DNA of 63,152 bases, counting the filler, from Basidiobolus ranarum (Eukaryota): assembly GCA_040143965.1 (NCBI GenBank). It is 14 parts of 14 records of this genome, joined end to end, with 100 filler letters (N's around TTAATTAATTAA, not from the genome) between each part and the next. Parts side by side here need not be neighbours in the genome. Positions count along the whole stretch, not along the records: positions 1 to 4,439 come from JASJQH010001962.1; positions 4,540 to 8,976 come from JASJQH010001963.1; positions 9,077 to 13,510 come from JASJQH010001964.1; 11 more parts are not named here. One strand, given 5' to 3'. The notes beneath the pieces were generated by a model. The model had not been told where the DNA came from, ran no database searches, and saw only the letters and a list, made by a program, of their open reading frames with translations. Positions within the stretch are counted from its first letter, which is position 1; each line of letters starts with the position of its first letter. Made by a program: the position numbers and the translations under genes. Shown piece by piece: positions 1 through 11,245 of this stretch.

Positions 1-981
1 GGTATTCTGTGGACCACTCAAGGTGTGGTGATGATGTCATATCCACCAGAAGATCAGAAAGGTAGATGTGTAGGTATCTTCTGGATTCTGTTCAACTTGG
101 GCGGTGTATTGGGTGCTTTCATTCCATTCGGTCTCAACTTCCACTCTACCGCAAGCTCCGTCAGCAACAGCACCTACCTTGCCTTCCTTGTCATCATGGT
201 CATTGGAGCCTTCATCGGCCTTGTCCTACTCCCTCCTCAGAAGGTCATCCGTGATGATGGAAGCAGAGTCACTGTGAAGAAGTTCACCAACATCGGTACT
301 GAGATCCTTGATATCCTCAAGCTCTTCACCAACAAGTACATGCTCTTGCTCACACCAATGTTCATCAGCTCCAACTGGTTCTACTCTTATCAATTCGGAG
401 CTGTCAATGGAGTATTGTTCAACGTGCGTACTCGTGCCTTGAACAACGCACTCTACTGGGGATCTCAGATGCTTGGTGCTTACTCCTTGGGTGCCTTCCT
501 TGATAACCCTCGCTACAACCGCCGCACTAGAGCCATCTATGGCCTGGCCATTCTTGGAGCCTTATTCACAGCCACTTGGGGTGGAGGTCTTGCACTCCAA
601 CTTCAATACACTCGTGAGAATCATCCCAAAAACATCGACTTCATCGACCACCCAGCAGATTTCTGGCCCAAGTTCATCCTCTACATCTTCTACGGTATCG
701 GTGATGCCATGTTGCAAACCTATGCTTATTGGATTATGGGAGCCTTGTCCAATGACTCCTCTGTCCTTGCTCGCTATGCTGGTTACTACAAGGGTATTCA
801 ATCAGCCGGAGCAGCTATTGCCTGGAGAATCGATGCTGTTGAGACGGCCTTCCTCACCCAACTCATCATCAACTGGGGTCTCTTCACCATTTCACTTCCT
901 TTCACCTACTTTGTCGCACGTGATGTCAAGGAAACAAACAATGACTGTAGTCATGAAAAGGGAGAAACTGACTGCAGTTAA
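1..981 (+). CDS. UNC-93-like MFS membrane protein, 5'-truncated by contig edge
   Basis: Frame is open from base 1 (GILWTTQGVVMMSYP...). Many TM helices and motifs IFWILFNLGGVLG, SNWFYSYQF, FNVRTRALN, DAMLQTYAYWIMG, YAGYYKGIQSAG typical of fungal UNC-93-like proteins. Confidence 0.85.
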   Translation, partial: GILWTTQGVVMMSYPPEDQKGRCVGIFWILFNLGGVLGAFIPFGLNFHSTASSVSNSTYLAFLVIMVIGAFIGLVLLPPQKVIRDDGSRVTVKKFTNIGTEILDILKLFTNKYMLLLTPMFISSNWFYSYQFGAVNGVLFNVRTRALNNALYWGSQMLGAYSLGAFLDNPRYNRRTRAIYGLAILGALFTATWGGGLALQLQYTRENHPKNIDFIDHPADFWPKFILYIFYGIGDAMLQTYAYWIMGALSNDSSVLARYAGYYKGIQSAGAAIAWRIDAVETAFLTQLIINWGLFTISLPFTYFVARDVKETNNDCSHEKGETDCS

Positions 982-1598
982 CATATTACACTATTCCTCT
1001 GTTCCATAATCCTATCGATAGTAAACACTAATCATGAACTTATAATTACCTTGATATGTTAAATCAGATTGATTGATTTTAGTCACAAAGCCCTCACTTG
1101 AGCTTTGAATTATACGAATGTAACATGGCCAAAAGTAATTTGGTTGCATTAATTACGTAACAATAAATAAATATACCCTGTCTGCCTTCTTTAGTTGATT
1201 TACTTCGAACATTCCACCTTTCCCAGGATGCGCATCTAGACAGCAGAACCTACCATTGTAATTAGGTCTTATGATGAGCACACCTTTTCTTTACTGAACT
1301 GATATTCTACAGATGTTATCAATGCATCATAGAGGTTTTCTACAAATTGATGGCACTACGAATAGATAAATCCCATTCTTCCAACTAAAGTATATTCTGC
1401 ATACGGGATAAATACCCTATTGTTGTATTAATTTGTTCCTTCATTTTAGCGATTGATTACTCGGTTTTTCCATTTCGAGATGGAAAAAAATCGAACAAAT
1501 TTTGCATGACTCGGGAGATATGTGATAATAATCCACCGAAACGATTGAATGATCTCTTCTCGCAGTTTCCACTTACCACTCCACACCGTCATCACAAT

Positions 1599-2342
1599 AT
1601 GGTATGTATCTCTCTTTCGATGGATGAATCAGTATTTCACCAGATTGAATAAGGAATTAATCTCATTGAACTCGTTTAGTCTAAGAAAGCCGGAAAAGTC
1701 ACCAAAGTTCAAGAAACCGTTTCCCTCGGACCTCAAGTTCGTGAGGGAGAACTTGTTTTTGGTGTAGCCCATATCTTCGCCTCTTTCAACGATACCTTTG
1801 TCCATGTCACCGATCTAACTGGTCGTGAAACCATGGTTCGCGTTACTGGTAATTATTCTTAGAGATTTATTCTATCTCCCTTCACCATTGAAGACCCTCT
1901 ATGCTGTATGAATGACTTGCAAAGGGATTGGCCTGTATAATGACAATAGTTACGATGCTTGACCATGGTCATTTGGGAACAGTGGTGAAACACAAACTCC
2001 TATACATTTGACTATGTTACTCATTTCTTCTGTTGTGTCCACTTGTCAACTTCTATAGGTGGTATGAAAGTCAAGGCTGATCGTGATGAATCTTCACCAT
2101 ATGCCGCTATGTTGGCTGCTCAAGATGTTGCCGTCCGCTGCAAAGAACTTGGAATCACCGCTCTTCACATCAAGATTCGCGCTACCGGTGGTAACGGACC
2201 CAAGACACCTGGACCTGGTGCCCAATCCGCTCTCCGTGCTTTGGCCAGAGCTGGTATGAGAATTGGTCGTATTGAAGATGTCACCCCTATTCCTACTGAT
2301 AGCACTCGTAGAAAGGGTGGTCGTCGTGGTCGTCGTTTGTAA
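1599..2342 (+). CDS. RPS14: 40S ribosomal protein S14 (uS11); exons 1599-1601, 1680-1848, 2059-2342
   Basis: Spliced product MSKKAGK...[26 protein letters not shown]...[25 protein letters not shown]...[11 protein letters not shown]. Introns GTATGT..TAG (1602-1679) and GTAATT..TAG (1849-2058). Confidence 0.97.
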
Positions 2343-2712
2343 AACGATTTACTTGAATTATGTCAAGTTCTACGAATCATTTTCACTTGTATTTTTGTTT
2401 CGAAAAATAAACTATCTAAATGTTGAATCATTATCTACATACTTGTTTATGGCGAATGCCACGGATCTTGAAGCTTCAAGTATATAACCATCCCTTTTCA
2501 GCTAATTCATTCCCTACTTCATTTGGCCATTATTATTATACTTGATAATGTAGCTTTATTACTGGTAACTTTCAACCAATGGACGTCAAGTGTGAGATGA
2601 AAATTCTCACCCTCTGTAGTATGTGGGAATTAGAAACCGTAAAGATGGAGAAATGATGGAAATTAAGCTACGTAAGTGAGGATCGTGGGAATATTATGAA
2701 GTAAAAGGTTTT

Positions 2713-3232
2713 ATGGCATGTCATGCAGCTTTGAGAGCCATACCAAGAAACACCATGATTTACAATGGAATTATAAAAAGAGTAAACCCATTACTACTCC
2801 ATCGTCTTAAACCACGTCACTTTTCTATTACCTCTTTTACTATGGTTCAAAAACTTACCACCCAAGAACGTGAACTCCACCTTAATACTTTGAAAGCTGA
2901 AGACTGGAAGGAAGTTGAGAACCGTGACGCTATAATCAAAACTTTCCTATTCGACGATTTTAACGCTGCCTTTGGCTTTATGTCACGCGTTGCTCTTCGT
3001 GCGGATAAAGTTAACCACCACCCAGAATGGTTCAACGTAAGTATTCTATTGTTATATTTCCTAGACCTCTAAATGTTGTAAGTATTATCTCTTACTCAAC
3101 ATATTTCTTTTTGCTTTTATTATCCAGGTTTACAATAAGGTGGAGATTACCCTCTCAACTCACGATTGCCAAGGTCTCTCTATAAATGATGTGGAGCTTG
3201 CTAACTTCTGTGATTCTGTGTATCGTCCTTGA
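2713..3232 (+). CDS. PCBD: Pterin-4-alpha-carbinolamine dehydratase; exons 2713-3036, 3128-3232; start could be 2713, 2755 or 2842
   Basis: [46 protein letters not shown] signature across GTAAGT..CAG intron 3037-3127. Confidence 0.93.
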
Positions 3233-3791
3233 TTGTCCATAAATAATAAACCTATCAAACATTACAAATAATTGCCACCATATTCTATTGAGATGGTGAT
3301 CATTTTATATAGAAACTTACAATAGTCATAGTCAACACTGATCACGTTTTTGGTTGTTATATCATGAAGCCAGCAGTAAGCATTGACCCCTTCAACACCT
3401 GTTGTTTGAAGAATCGCTGCGAAAGTTGGAGTGAATAAGAGCATCCCCAGGATAGGGGGTACCTAAGGTCAGAACTTTTTTAAAAAGAGTTAAAATAAGT
3501 ACATTTGTCGAAAAATACGTGTTTTGTTGTAATTTGCGAAAAGTTACCCTAAAAAAATTGGTAGCAAAGTAAAGGTTAAAAAGTAAGCGAGGAAATAAAG
3601 GTAAAACCGTTTTTGGGGGTATACAAGAAAGTTGTAGACAACTTCAGAAAAGTAGAGGCTCTAATTAACCAAGTTATTTTCGACAAAAATAGGAATTCAT
3701 TTTAAAGATATATAAATAAGGTTAAAAATGAAGCGAGATAACGCGTTTATTTTATTTCAAACCGACAAAAGAAATCATCAAGAGGGTTAGT

Positions 3792-4402
3792 TTACTTGCG
3801 AGCCTTAAGCTTTCTGATATAGAAGTCAAGTTCTTGACCTTCCAAAATGTAGCCATCACAACGACCGGATTGTCCAGGACGGGAAGAGATGATAGCGTAC
3901 AAACGACCAGTGGAGAATTGATCAGCCAAATGTTGATCGATCTTAGCTTCTTGCTTGCGAGCATCAATCTTACGTTGAACGTGGTTGGAGCGCTTGACCT
4001 CGACCTCAGCGGTTTCTTCGCCAGCCTTGACCTTCTTGCGACCCAAGTTTTGGGCATAATGGCTTTCATACCATTGACGGAAAGGAGTAGCATCAACTTG
4101 GATGACGGCACCCTTTACCAAAGTGTTGGTACGAACCAATTCGTTGTTGGAAGCGTTGTAAACGACAGCAACGATTCTGGTCTTCTTGGCGATACTCTCG
4201 GAACCCCAAGAGAAGTTACCAGTATCAAGACGAAGAGCACGGAATTTGCGGTTACCACCACGAACACGGACTTCATGAATACGCTTGGCACCAAGTTTAG
4301 TGTTGGCAGCTTGACGACCCAACTCGAACTTTCTCTTCTTACGGTAGTGGGCGCGTTTAGCACCGGTGTGCGACCTCTTATGACGGGAGTCTCTGCTGAT
4401 AC
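3792..4402 (-). CDS. RPS8: 40S ribosomal protein S8 (eS8); first exon lies beyond the contig end
   Basis: After TAG acceptor (4403-4405): [17 protein letters not shown]...[21 protein letters not shown]...[17 protein letters not shown]. Confidence 0.97.
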
Positions 4403-4439
4403 CTAATCATTTCAATAATATCATCAGTTAAATGATTCT

Positions 4440-4539
4440 NNNNNNNNNNNNNNNNNNNNNNNNNNNNNNNNNNNNNNNNNNNNTTAATTAATTAANNNNN
4501 NNNNNNNNNNNNNNNNNNNNNNNNNNNNNNNNNNNNNNN
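4440..4539. other. Artificial contig linker (44 N + TTAATTAATTAA + 44 N); identical linkers start at 8977, 13511, 18042, 22571, 27098, 31623, 36144, 40655, 45164, 49665, 54165, 58661
   Basis: Each linker is 100 bp with a six-frame stop core. Fragment lengths fall monotonically: 4439, 4437, 4434 ... 4392. Confidence 0.99.
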
Positions 4540-5063
4540 AATGTATTGAGATTGCTGAATCAACATTCTTTCAGCTATCTGGCAGATACCCTGCAATATT
4601 GTGCCACTCTGTGTTCAAGTTCTTACCCAATATCTGCATGGTCAACACCAGACTGAATGTCAAGGTGAATGTACTATCTGAAGCCACTTTCTTAATACTT
4701 GCACTGAGTTTCTCTCTCAATCCAATTATTAATACTCCTAAAGCACCTTTACTATTTTTATACATCCTTGTAGTTTGACACTACTGAGGGTGCTTTGTGG
4801 TGTTTGTGTGGCTTTTTGCTTGCCTTTAAGTTTGGTGCTATTTTCAACACTTTGCCAAGTACCAGTTGATGTCGGAGTGCCATGAGTTTGATTTGCTAAT
4901 ATTTTGACTTGTTCAGAGGTACCAGGTGTTGGATGAATTTTCTATCCTTAATTATACTGCATTGTGACTTGCTTGAGCTCAAACAGCTATATAATACAAT
5001 TATAGAGCAATAGAAGCATATTTCTTTATCACTGTGAGCAATCCAACACCTATGAGCTGTTTG

Positions 5064-8000
5064 TGCTGATATTAGGTAAATAGCAGTTCATTATTTGATG
5101 GTTTGCTTATTACTGTTGTGCTTTGTTGGTACATAGCTTGGTCCTTCAAAATGTGAGTAAATTGCTCTAATTGATAGGAATTTTGATTTGATCACTTTTA
5201 CCAATTTTCACTATTCTCTCAACTCTTCTCTAAAACACCTGATTTAGCACTCATGTATTACAGGCATATTTGTAATGATCCAAGTGTGTCCAATAGTCAT
5301 ATGTTATAGTGAAGCATAAATAGACACTGTTAAATTCAATAAAACTTAGGCATCTGATTCACATATCCAGATCTTCTCAAAGATACTTCCAAACCTCCTA
5401 GATACTTTTGTCAGGTTATGAGCCCCAAGCTAGCTGTTGGAGCAATTTCTACCATTACTATGAGTAATGCTTCTTCATCCCCAGAGAATTGTGATGATAA
5501 AGACTTACCCCTTTGGAAGTTTCAGATGCAAATGGTGCTAGAAGACAAGGATCTTTTGGGATTAGTTCCAGGAGAAGAAACAGAGCCAAGGAGACTACCA
5601 GACGCTTTCCTTGTCTCTCACAAAAAGCAGAGGAAGGCACTCTCTACATTATGCTTACATCTCAGAGATTCTCAACTGGGATGCATACACTGAGCCAAAA
5701 TTGCCCACACTGCTTGGGAAACACTTGAGGGACATATGAGGCTAAAAGTATGTCCAATAGGCAAATCAAGTAAGCACTGATAGGGATCATTATTTTGTGC
5801 CTGCCCCATCGCTAACCACAAAGGATGACTTTGAAACATGTTACATTTAGTTCAGAAGCTTCCTGGTTTGCACAAATAACTAAGATTGATTTTCCAGCTT
5901 AATACATATCCAAATAAGGGGGTCTACTTGGGGACTACTCTGCAATAGATGTAGTTGGTAAGGGCACTTTTGTGTGCAATTTGGACCAAAATTTGGCTAA
6001 TTGCATGATATACTCTATGGAGTAAATGTAACCAAGAATCTACTCTCAGTGAGCTAAGCCACAGCTCAAGGGCTAAATTAGGTGCTAAGCACGGCTGGAT
6101 GCACTATTGCAGATCAGAAGAATACAAAACTAGCAACTGGGATCAAAACTTATACAAGCTAAAAATCAACAAATTGTAAACTTAGTATATCAAACATGGC
6201 TGACACCGGTGAAGTACACTATAAAAAATGGCATGAAGGTTGGCCACATTGTGGAACAAAAACTGACAAAAATTAATGTAAATTAGCCTGTTTCAGGCAT
6301 AGTAATTAAAAACATCATTAAATTAGATCTGTCTGAAAGTTGCATGTCTGGAAACATCATGGATAGCAATTCCCAAGTTCTGGAGATATCAATTCCTGTC
6401 AGGACTTTACCCTATTGCATTTTAACCTATGTGGGTGCATATAAGTGTCACACTAGGTGGCAAGAGATTGTATGACCTTGATTAATGTCAACCCAAGATA
6501 TATTTGGGTTTTTTGTGCAAATCAAAATATGAAGCTTTAACTATATTGGGGCACTACAGAGTAATGGCAGAAAAATAATTGGCCCAAAAAATAAGGGTAT
6601 TAAGGAATTAGATTGGTGTAGAATACTACTCACAGGATTTTGCCAGTCTTTGTTCAATATATGAAATTAAGCAACAAACTGCTGTACCTTGTGCTTCATT
6701 GTAAAATGGAGTTACAGAACATGCTAATGGACTATTGTAGAGATGGCAAGTTTATCATCACATGAGCAACCATTGAATTACAAATATTGGGCTAAATTTG
6801 TCTTCACTGCAGTCTATATCAAGAACAGATGCCCAACATGCTTGCTACAAACTTCCACTCCATCTGAACTCCTTTATGGATCAGACCAAGTGTTCATCAT
6901 CTCAGGATGTTTGGTTGCACATTGTTGGTTCAAAAATCTCTAAATTGGAATCTAGGAGCAGTAAATACATATTTATTGGTTATAATGGTGGATACAAACC
7001 CTACAGACTGTTTGATACCCAAAATTACAAGTTAATCAAGCACAGAGATGTGATTTTTGATCAAATAGCAAGCTTTGCACTTCAAAGCACAGTTCTTGAT
7101 CCAGAAAACCCAACCAGCACTGTTCAAGAAGTGCATGGCAAAGTTCCAGCTGGAACTGAGCCCAGTCAGCCAATATTTCAGCTCCAATTTCTTCAGAGAT
7201 GATTCAGGACTTATTATATCATGCTGAAAGAAAAATAAGGAGAAATCAACCAGGGAGCTGGCAGAACACTTCTATTGAAGATGTCTGTGTGTATGCAGCA
7301 CTCTGTCATAGCCACAGGTCTTGAATCAAGCTCTGAAGTGTCCAGAATTAAAAATACCAGGACAAAGCAATATCCAATGAGCTTTAGTCACTTCTGGACA
7401 ATAAAATATGGGCTTTAAATTGTCAACCTCTAGGAAGGAAACCAATAGGTTGCAAATAGATCTATAAAGCCAAACACCAAGCTGGTCAAACCATTGAAAG
7501 ATAGAATATCAAGCCTGTATCAGCATTAATGGATGCAAAGGTGGGATTAATGTGATTCTATTCAAATTTGTCCCCAAATAACTCAAATCAAACCTATGAG
7601 TTTTCTTAACAGTCTATGGTTGGCAACTCAAGGTATACAATGGGTAGAACAAGTCCAGATATCGTGTGGCAGTTGGAACTGTCCACTAATATCACAAAAT
7701 CCTAGATCTGAGCACATAACTGCATTAAAATAAATATTCAAGTATTTGAGAGGAACTGTAAATCAAGTTCTGTAATACTCTAGCACTCCTGATGCACAAA
7801 ATTTGAAGGCTACAATGATGCAGACTTTGGAATAAACCTTGATGATATAAGATCAACAACTGGGTATGCTTTTTGGTATGGTAATAGGGCTGTAGCTGGG
7901 AATAATCAGAAGCAACTAACAACAACACTTTCCATCATGGAAGCAGAGTACATGGCTGCCTCCACTACTACACACAAAGCTTTGTGATTAAGCAAGATAT

Positions 8001-8713
8001 TTACAGACTTAGTATAGTTGCAGAAATAGGCTATTACTATCTTTGAAGATAATTAAAGTTATATTAAATTGGCTAAAAACCCTTCATTTCATGCTAGAAC
8101 AATGTATGAAAATATGTGGTATCATTTCATTAGAGAATAATAGCAAATGATACAATTGAACTTGTCTATTGCTCTACTGAAGAAATGGTTGCTGACATCT
8201 TAATCAAACCTTTAGTAAAAGCACAATTTGAATTATCAGATACAAGTTACCTGTAAAGATTTTGCCTTTGTATAAGTATCTCTCTTCTTTGTCTCTTGTT
8301 AGCTCTCACACATCCTAGCCTTCTGCTTTCCTGCCCAACATATACCAAATTGACTATAGTCTTCTCAAGCAACTAACAACAACACTTTCCACCATGGAAG
8401 CAGAGTACATTGCTGCCTCCACTACGCACACAAAGCTATGTGATTAATCAAGATATTTACAGACTTCTTATACTTGAAAAAATGGGCTATTACTATCTCT
8501 GAAGATAATCAAAGTTATTTTAACTTGGCTAAAAACCCTTCATTTCATGCTAGAACAATGAATAAAAATAGTTGGTGTCATATCATTAGAGAATCAATAG
8601 CAAATGATACAATTGAACTTGTCTATTGCTCTACTGAAGAAATGGTTGCTGACATCTTAACCAAACCTGTAGTCAAAGCACAATTTGAATTATCAGATAC
8701 AAGTTACCTGTAA
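5064..8713 (+). mobile_element. Degenerate Ty1/Copia retrotransposon family A: 5' LTR 5064-5413, PBS 5414-5425, gag, integrase, RT mostly deleted, RNase H duplicated
   Basis: TG...CA LTR homologous to 27855-28204. Gag WKFQMQMVLEDKDL, integrase tail YWAKFVFTAVYIKNRCPT / KLESRSSKYIFIGY, RNase H EDNQS..LAKNPSFHART..EMVADILTK. Many stops and frameshifts. Confidence 0.9.
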
Positions 8714-9282
8714 AGATCTTGACTTTGTGTAAGTATCCCTCCTCTTTGTCACTTGTTAGCTGTGACACATCCTAGTCTTTTGCATTCTTCCCCAACATAT
8801 ACCAAATCAACCAAAGTCTTCTCATATCTGACAAATGGTGTGTGCTTCTCAACCCAAAGCTTTTTGTAATGGTGTCTCCCTGGATGTGGCCAACTCAACC
8901 AAATGATGCTTCCTTCTTAGTACGTCAAAGCCTGGAACATTAAACAGTGAGCTTTGTATTTGGTGGAATAGAATAGNNNNNNNNNNNNNNNNNNNNNNNN
9001 NNNNNNNNNNNNNNNNNNNNTTAATTAATTAANNNNNNNNNNNNNNNNNNNNNNNNNNNNNNNNNNNNNNNNNNNNCTCTGAGCTTGATTACATTGGTCA
9101 TCAGGTTAAGTATGGATATGATTCAGTATTGTCACAATATCTCAAAAGATTGATGTCTTGATTGTCACTTTGTTTAGATTAGTATTTAAGCTAAATAAAG
9201 TCTACACCATCTGGTGCTTTTCATCCCCCCTTACCCTTACCAGAACATCTATACCCTAACCCTAAGCCACAAATAATATGAT

Positions 9283-9354
9283 GGTTCTCTGACAGTTTTG
9301 CAATTCAGAAGGGTGGATCCAATCCAGATCAAAGCAATGTTATTTTTGTTAGGG
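9283..9354 (+). mobile_element. Terminal fragment of the CACTA/EnSpm family (ends ...TTTTGTTAGGG)
   Basis: Reverse complement aligns by eye with 19151-19222; also matches 23090-23159. Confidence 0.7.
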
Positions 9355-11245
9355 ATCAGATCATATGACCATTCATGTGATCATTATCCAATGAGTATTA
9401 ACCTCTGAGTCATCCACCTAGACACATGTAAATATGAGCTACAAGATTCATAACCAATGATCTTTGACTGCCAAGACTTCAGCTGATGCATGACTCATAT
9501 ATCTATCTATCTATCAATCACATTGTCTTTTATCAGAATTAGTCATTTATTATCTTGGTGCTAACTAATTCACTTTGCTATCAAAAAGTATAAACAAAGC
9601 TAACTGAACCTTTTGGTTTAATGTGTATGTCTCAACAAATATAGGATCATAACACTTCTCAGTGTTTCACAACAAATTCCATATTGCCCTCTCATTTCTA
9701 TCCAAGCCTAGTATTCACTAGCACCTACAAAACATCAAGCCTAGCTGCCTAGCAAACCTACTCTCTACCATAACTTAGCAAGTCACTGCTATTCCCAAGA
9801 CATATATTAGTTATATTTGCTCTGCTAATATATCCTGCTTAAACAGTTCTAAGATCCTGCACTTAACTGTTTCTTTGGCTCAGTAAAGTTCAAAACTTTT
9901 TATCCACTTTTCTCTTGGACACTACAAGAAGTATATGGAGTGGTACAAGCAATTATGCAACTATTTGCCATATATTTATGATGCAATTAACTTTTTAATT
10001 CAATCACACATAGTTTTGACTTAGCTAAGGGTAATATTCTATATTCCACCATAAACCATGGTCTGATGGAGCTGGTATAATAGCCCTTGGTATCAACCTG
10101 TTTAATTTTTGAGATTTCTATAGGCACACATTTTAACTTAGCACAGACACCTCTAAGAACATTGGGAGTGCTGGGGCAACTTTGATACCAGTTTCTGTAT
10201 ATGAATTTCAATATAATTGCTGACATCTGAAACATATGAACTTGTAACTGGTTGTATTCCTAAGAACCTACCCCAGGTGAAAAATAAATATTGAGAGATT
10301 TGGAGCAGTTGGAGGGTTGTGTTTTCGTTCATCATCCTTGAGACATACTGGATAAATAGATAGAACGTAGGACAAAGAAATATATAATACTTAGATGCTC
10401 TAGTTCTTCGTCAAATTAGCACACTAAAATGAATATCAACTTCCATGAAAGTTGATATCTTATTGTGCCAAAAAGAGCAATGTAGATAATATAGATAATC
10501 CTTTCTAGAGCTTATCAAACTCAAATCGGAGCATACAGCACTCTTAGGCACGCCAATATACGCAACTCCATTATATTGAACCAACGTTTGAACCCGCTGC
10601 TCTGAACAAATGTTTAATGCTATTGACATGCGAAAGCAACGTAATCGATGTAGCAAGTCCAGTGTTTGAATATTGTATTTCTGGATGCCTCATGTCATTC
10701 GGGCAGGATATGCCAATTCCTCAAATGTTTAAATGTAATGCTTAAAAAGGCTGCAAATGCCTGATATGTCTACATCATCATTTGTACTAAATGCCGAACA
10801 TATTTAGATGCTGAATGATGGCGTACAACATACGATTAGGTTAACCCTAAGCCCTGACCCTAGCACTGGCTATCATCCCCAACAATTTAGAACTGGACTA
10901 CGCAACCAAAAGATGTCCAAGTAAGGTGAATGTGTAACCTGATTGAGATTTAACTACTAGGTGCATGTTACAAGCCAATCTTCTAATAAATACGGAGCTT
11001 CACTCCGTCATTGCAATTGTATTCTGACCAATGGTTACCTTCAGAGTATAGTCATCCTAGAACTGGAACAGTTACACCATTGTCATGTACAACGGTGTGT
11101 AATTTAGTGATGCTGTGATCCAATGATACTTCACTTCAACATAACGATAACCCCGAACCTTCGTGACATTGATCCTACGACACAAACAAGATGAAGCTGG
11201 CATTCAAATTTCGAATAGTGCACTTTGACTTTGATTCTACTTCGA

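Noticed and set aside
473-1009. 178-aa alternate-frame ORF
   Set aside because: Shadow of the UNC-93-like gene; Ser/Pro/Thr-rich as expected from a frame shift.
3262-3750. 60-aa minus ORF and A-rich tract with 11-bp inverted repeat (3504-3514 / 3677-3687)
   Set aside because: No recognisable domain, TSD or second copy; a short AT-rich IR can arise by chance.
3752-4406. Overlapping ORFs of 119, 190 and 82 aa
   Set aside because: Alternate-frame or antisense shadows of RPS8 caused by strong codon bias.
9225-9266. CCCTTA/CCCTAA telomere-like hexamers (also ~10843-10862)
   Set aside because: Only two or three imperfect units, not at a contig end.
9355-9860. Possible Gypsy-type LTR (CATGTGA-rich); a similar impression at 22230-22570
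   Set aside because: No second copy, PBS or Gypsy coding sequence in the window.
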